Under the pieces are notes generated by a model. The model saw only the letters and a program-made list of their open reading frames with translations. It did not search any database and had not been told where the DNA came from. DNA of 27,152 nt from an uncultured virus (IMG/VR IMGVR_UViG_3300033141_004135) (taxonomy: Duplodnaviria > Heunggongvirae > Uroviricota > Caudoviricetes), in the IMG/VR virus record IMGVR_UViG_3300033141_004135. One strand, written 5' to 3'. Within the stretch, counting starts at the first letter, position 1. The number at the start of each line of letters is the position of its first letter. This document shows positions 25,782 through 27,152 of this stretch, piece by piece. Position numbers and translations under genes: made by a program.

Positions 25782-26198
25782 CTAATCACCATTTGACTTT
25801 TTGAATTGGATGCTTGGAAAATATTCCAAGCCTCTCTCTGGAGTAGAGGAACATGCCTCCTCAAACTCCAGATCAAACTCTCCGTATCCAAATATTTCGA
25901 GTTTGAATTGGCTATCTTTCTCGAGTATTCTAAAATACTCGGTTCCTGCAGCAAAGGAATTTCGGTACCCCTTAAATACAAGGATCCCATTTGCAGATAT
26001 TGTGTATAATCCTTTGCCGCTTGCTGTCGTATAGCTGATGCTGTTGTCTTCAAACCAGAACCAGCCCATAACACTACTTGGGCTATAGCCTTGATCCCTT
26101 AATTCATAGTAGTAATTTATATGCTCCTCGCCAATTTTGGCGAGTATTTGGTAAACTTCCTTACCTTTCCCATCTTTTATTCTAAATTTTGTTTTCAT
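25782..26198 (-). CDS. Hypothetical protein
   Basis: 138-aa ORF; AGGTGA SD. Confidence 0.75.
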   Translation of the reverse strand: MKTKFRIKDGKGKEVYQILAKIGEEHINYYYELRDQGYSPSSVMGWFWFEDNSISYTTASGKGLYTISANGILVFKGYRNSFAAGTEYFRILEKDSQFKLEIFGYGEFDLEFEEACSSTPERGLEYFPSIQFKKSNGD

Positions 26199-26231
26199 AA
26201 AAATATATCACCTTTTTGGGGCATTATCTAC

Positions 26232-26275
26232 CCCCTTATCTGGATAGATTGAGTAGTATCTACCCAGATAAGAGG
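26232..26275. repeat. Intergenic palindrome family C, copy 4
   Basis: 18-bp arms with 2 mismatches; GATAGAT-N8-ATCTACC. Confidence 0.85.
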
Positions 26276-26296
26276 ATAAATAATTAAAAAAAAATC

Positions 26297-26656
26297 TTAT
26301 ATCCTAACGTAAAATATATCCCGGTAAGGACCGGGATCGTAAATATTATCTCCGTTAATATTCGAGTAAATGCATATCCCACATCTTATATGACAGCATT
26401 GACACATACATGAGTATAACTCAGTTTCAATCCTCAGTTTGAGCCCTCTCTCATCAAAGACGAGAGAGAAGTCAAAGATAGTATTCTCTCTTATGGATAA
26501 TCTCCAGCAACCTTCTTTCTTTATTTTTGTTGCTGTGATATATACCTCATCGAGAGTGAGTAACCCACTCTCGATTGCATCCTCGAGGCAGTAGGCTATT
26601 GCATCTGCAATATCCTCCACCTTTGTAGAGGACAATAGCTCAGTGAGACTGTACAT
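26297..26656 (-). CDS. Hypothetical protein with a Cys-rich C-terminus
   Basis: 119-aa ORF; GGAG upstream. Confidence 0.7.
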   Translation of the reverse strand: MYSLTELLSSTKVEDIADAIAYCLEDAIESGLLTLDEVYITATKIKKEGCWRLSIRENTIFDFSLVFDERGLKLRIETELYSCMCQCCHIRCGICIYSNINGDNIYDPGPYRDIFYVRI

Positions 26657-26837
26657 ATTCTCTCCTCCACATAGAGATTGAACTGTGTTTATACTCCGAG
26701 TGAGTACTACAGATGTAGTACTCTATATCCTTATCCTCTGCAAAGTCTACTACCTCTTTGCAGAGGTAGTAGAACTTACAATTACCACAGTTAAGTGGCA
26801 ACCGAGTACTATAAGGATGAAGTCTGAAAATTATCAT
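26640..26837 (-). CDS. Small Cys-rich protein
   Basis: CGNC..LC..IC; preceded by leader B copy 2. Confidence 0.65.
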   Translation of the reverse strand: MIIFRLHPYSTRLPLNCGNCKFYYLCKEVVDFAEDKDIEYYICSTHSEYKHSSISMWRREYVQSH

Positions 26838-26945
26838 GGTTTCTACATGCAGATCGAATTGATATAATGCATGTAGCCGTAAAAAGCCCTCCCACCCACC
26901 CTCCTTCCTCCTTCCTTACTCCCCATGACGGTTCCTCGTCATGGG
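26835..26945 (-). promoter_or_regulatory. Leader motif B copy 2
   Basis: Hairpin 26922-26945, GGGTGGGTGGGAGGG (26887-26901, minus strand), hairpin 26843-26876, AAACC-ATG. Confidence 0.6.
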
Positions 26946-27087
26946 TTAGAGTAGATATTAATATATGGATGGGATCGAGATTGCTCATGGCAAAATCTAC
27001 CCATCCTAAAAACGGAGTATACACTCCGACATGCTTACTTCGAAGGAGTATAACTCGGAGTATGCATGTCGGAGTAGGACCTGATTT

Positions 27088-27152
27088 GATCGATTTCGAT
27101 CGCCGATGATCGATTTTGATCATTTTGATCATTTTCGATCATTTTGATCATT
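27088..27152. repeat. Tandem 9-10 bp GATC(G)ATTTT repeats, running off the window
   Basis: GATC at 27088, 27098, 27108, 27118, 27127, 27137, 27146. Confidence 0.85.

Noticed and set aside
25760..26074. Alternative-frame 104-aa ORF
   Set aside because: Nested in 25782-26198, which has an SD and more typical composition.
24692..26275. Palindromes as a CRISPR array (TCTAC/GTAGA resembles the Cas12a repeat stem) or as canonical attC sites
   Set aside because: Arm order is reversed relative to Cas12a repeats, copies are non-identical and separated by whole genes, and there are no cas genes. No RYYYAAC/GTTRRRY boxes of attC.
1017..27109. All plus-strand ORFs in the track
   Set aside because: They are antisense shadows of minus-strand genes or elements, mostly F/S/L/I-rich, with no motifs or SD sites.
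26809..27132. 107-aa minus-strand ORF at the right end
   Set aside because: It runs through the GATC repeat, hairpins and G-tract, overlaps the next gene and has atypical composition.

Overview
AT-rich, gene-dense window in which every credible gene lies on the minus strand. Archaeal-type signals (GAGGT ribosome-binding sites, TATA-like boxes, oligo-T terminators, an archaeal RFC pair with a PIP box) combined with phage-type genes (T4 gp1-like dNMP kinase, phiEco32-like COOH-NH2 ligase) point to a large archaeal dsDNA virus or extrachromosomal element; this is inference, since no capsid or terminase gene is in the window. From left to right: a replication block (a large truncated ORF, ArsR-type HTH, dNMP kinase, RFC small and large subunits); small hypothetical genes; a tandem array of 9 paralogous CxxC/CCxC zinc-finger genes; two GT4 glycosyltransferases; a JAB protease plus a ubiquitin-like protein ending GG-N; a second array of 7 paralogous double zinc-finger genes; and a COOH-NH2 ligase / class II glutamine amidotransferase / ATP-grasp operon with a gamma-glutamylcyclotransferase-like gene nearby. 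The last ~4.3 kb is rich in non-coding structure: (A) two copies of a covarying, pseudoknotted, switch-like RNA motif ending in a UUCG hairpin plus U-tract; (B) two copies of a hairpin / G-quadruplex / hairpin leader; (C) four related long palindromes separating genes like cassette boundaries; and (D) a helically phased GATC repeat at the window end. I cannot match A-C to any family I know.
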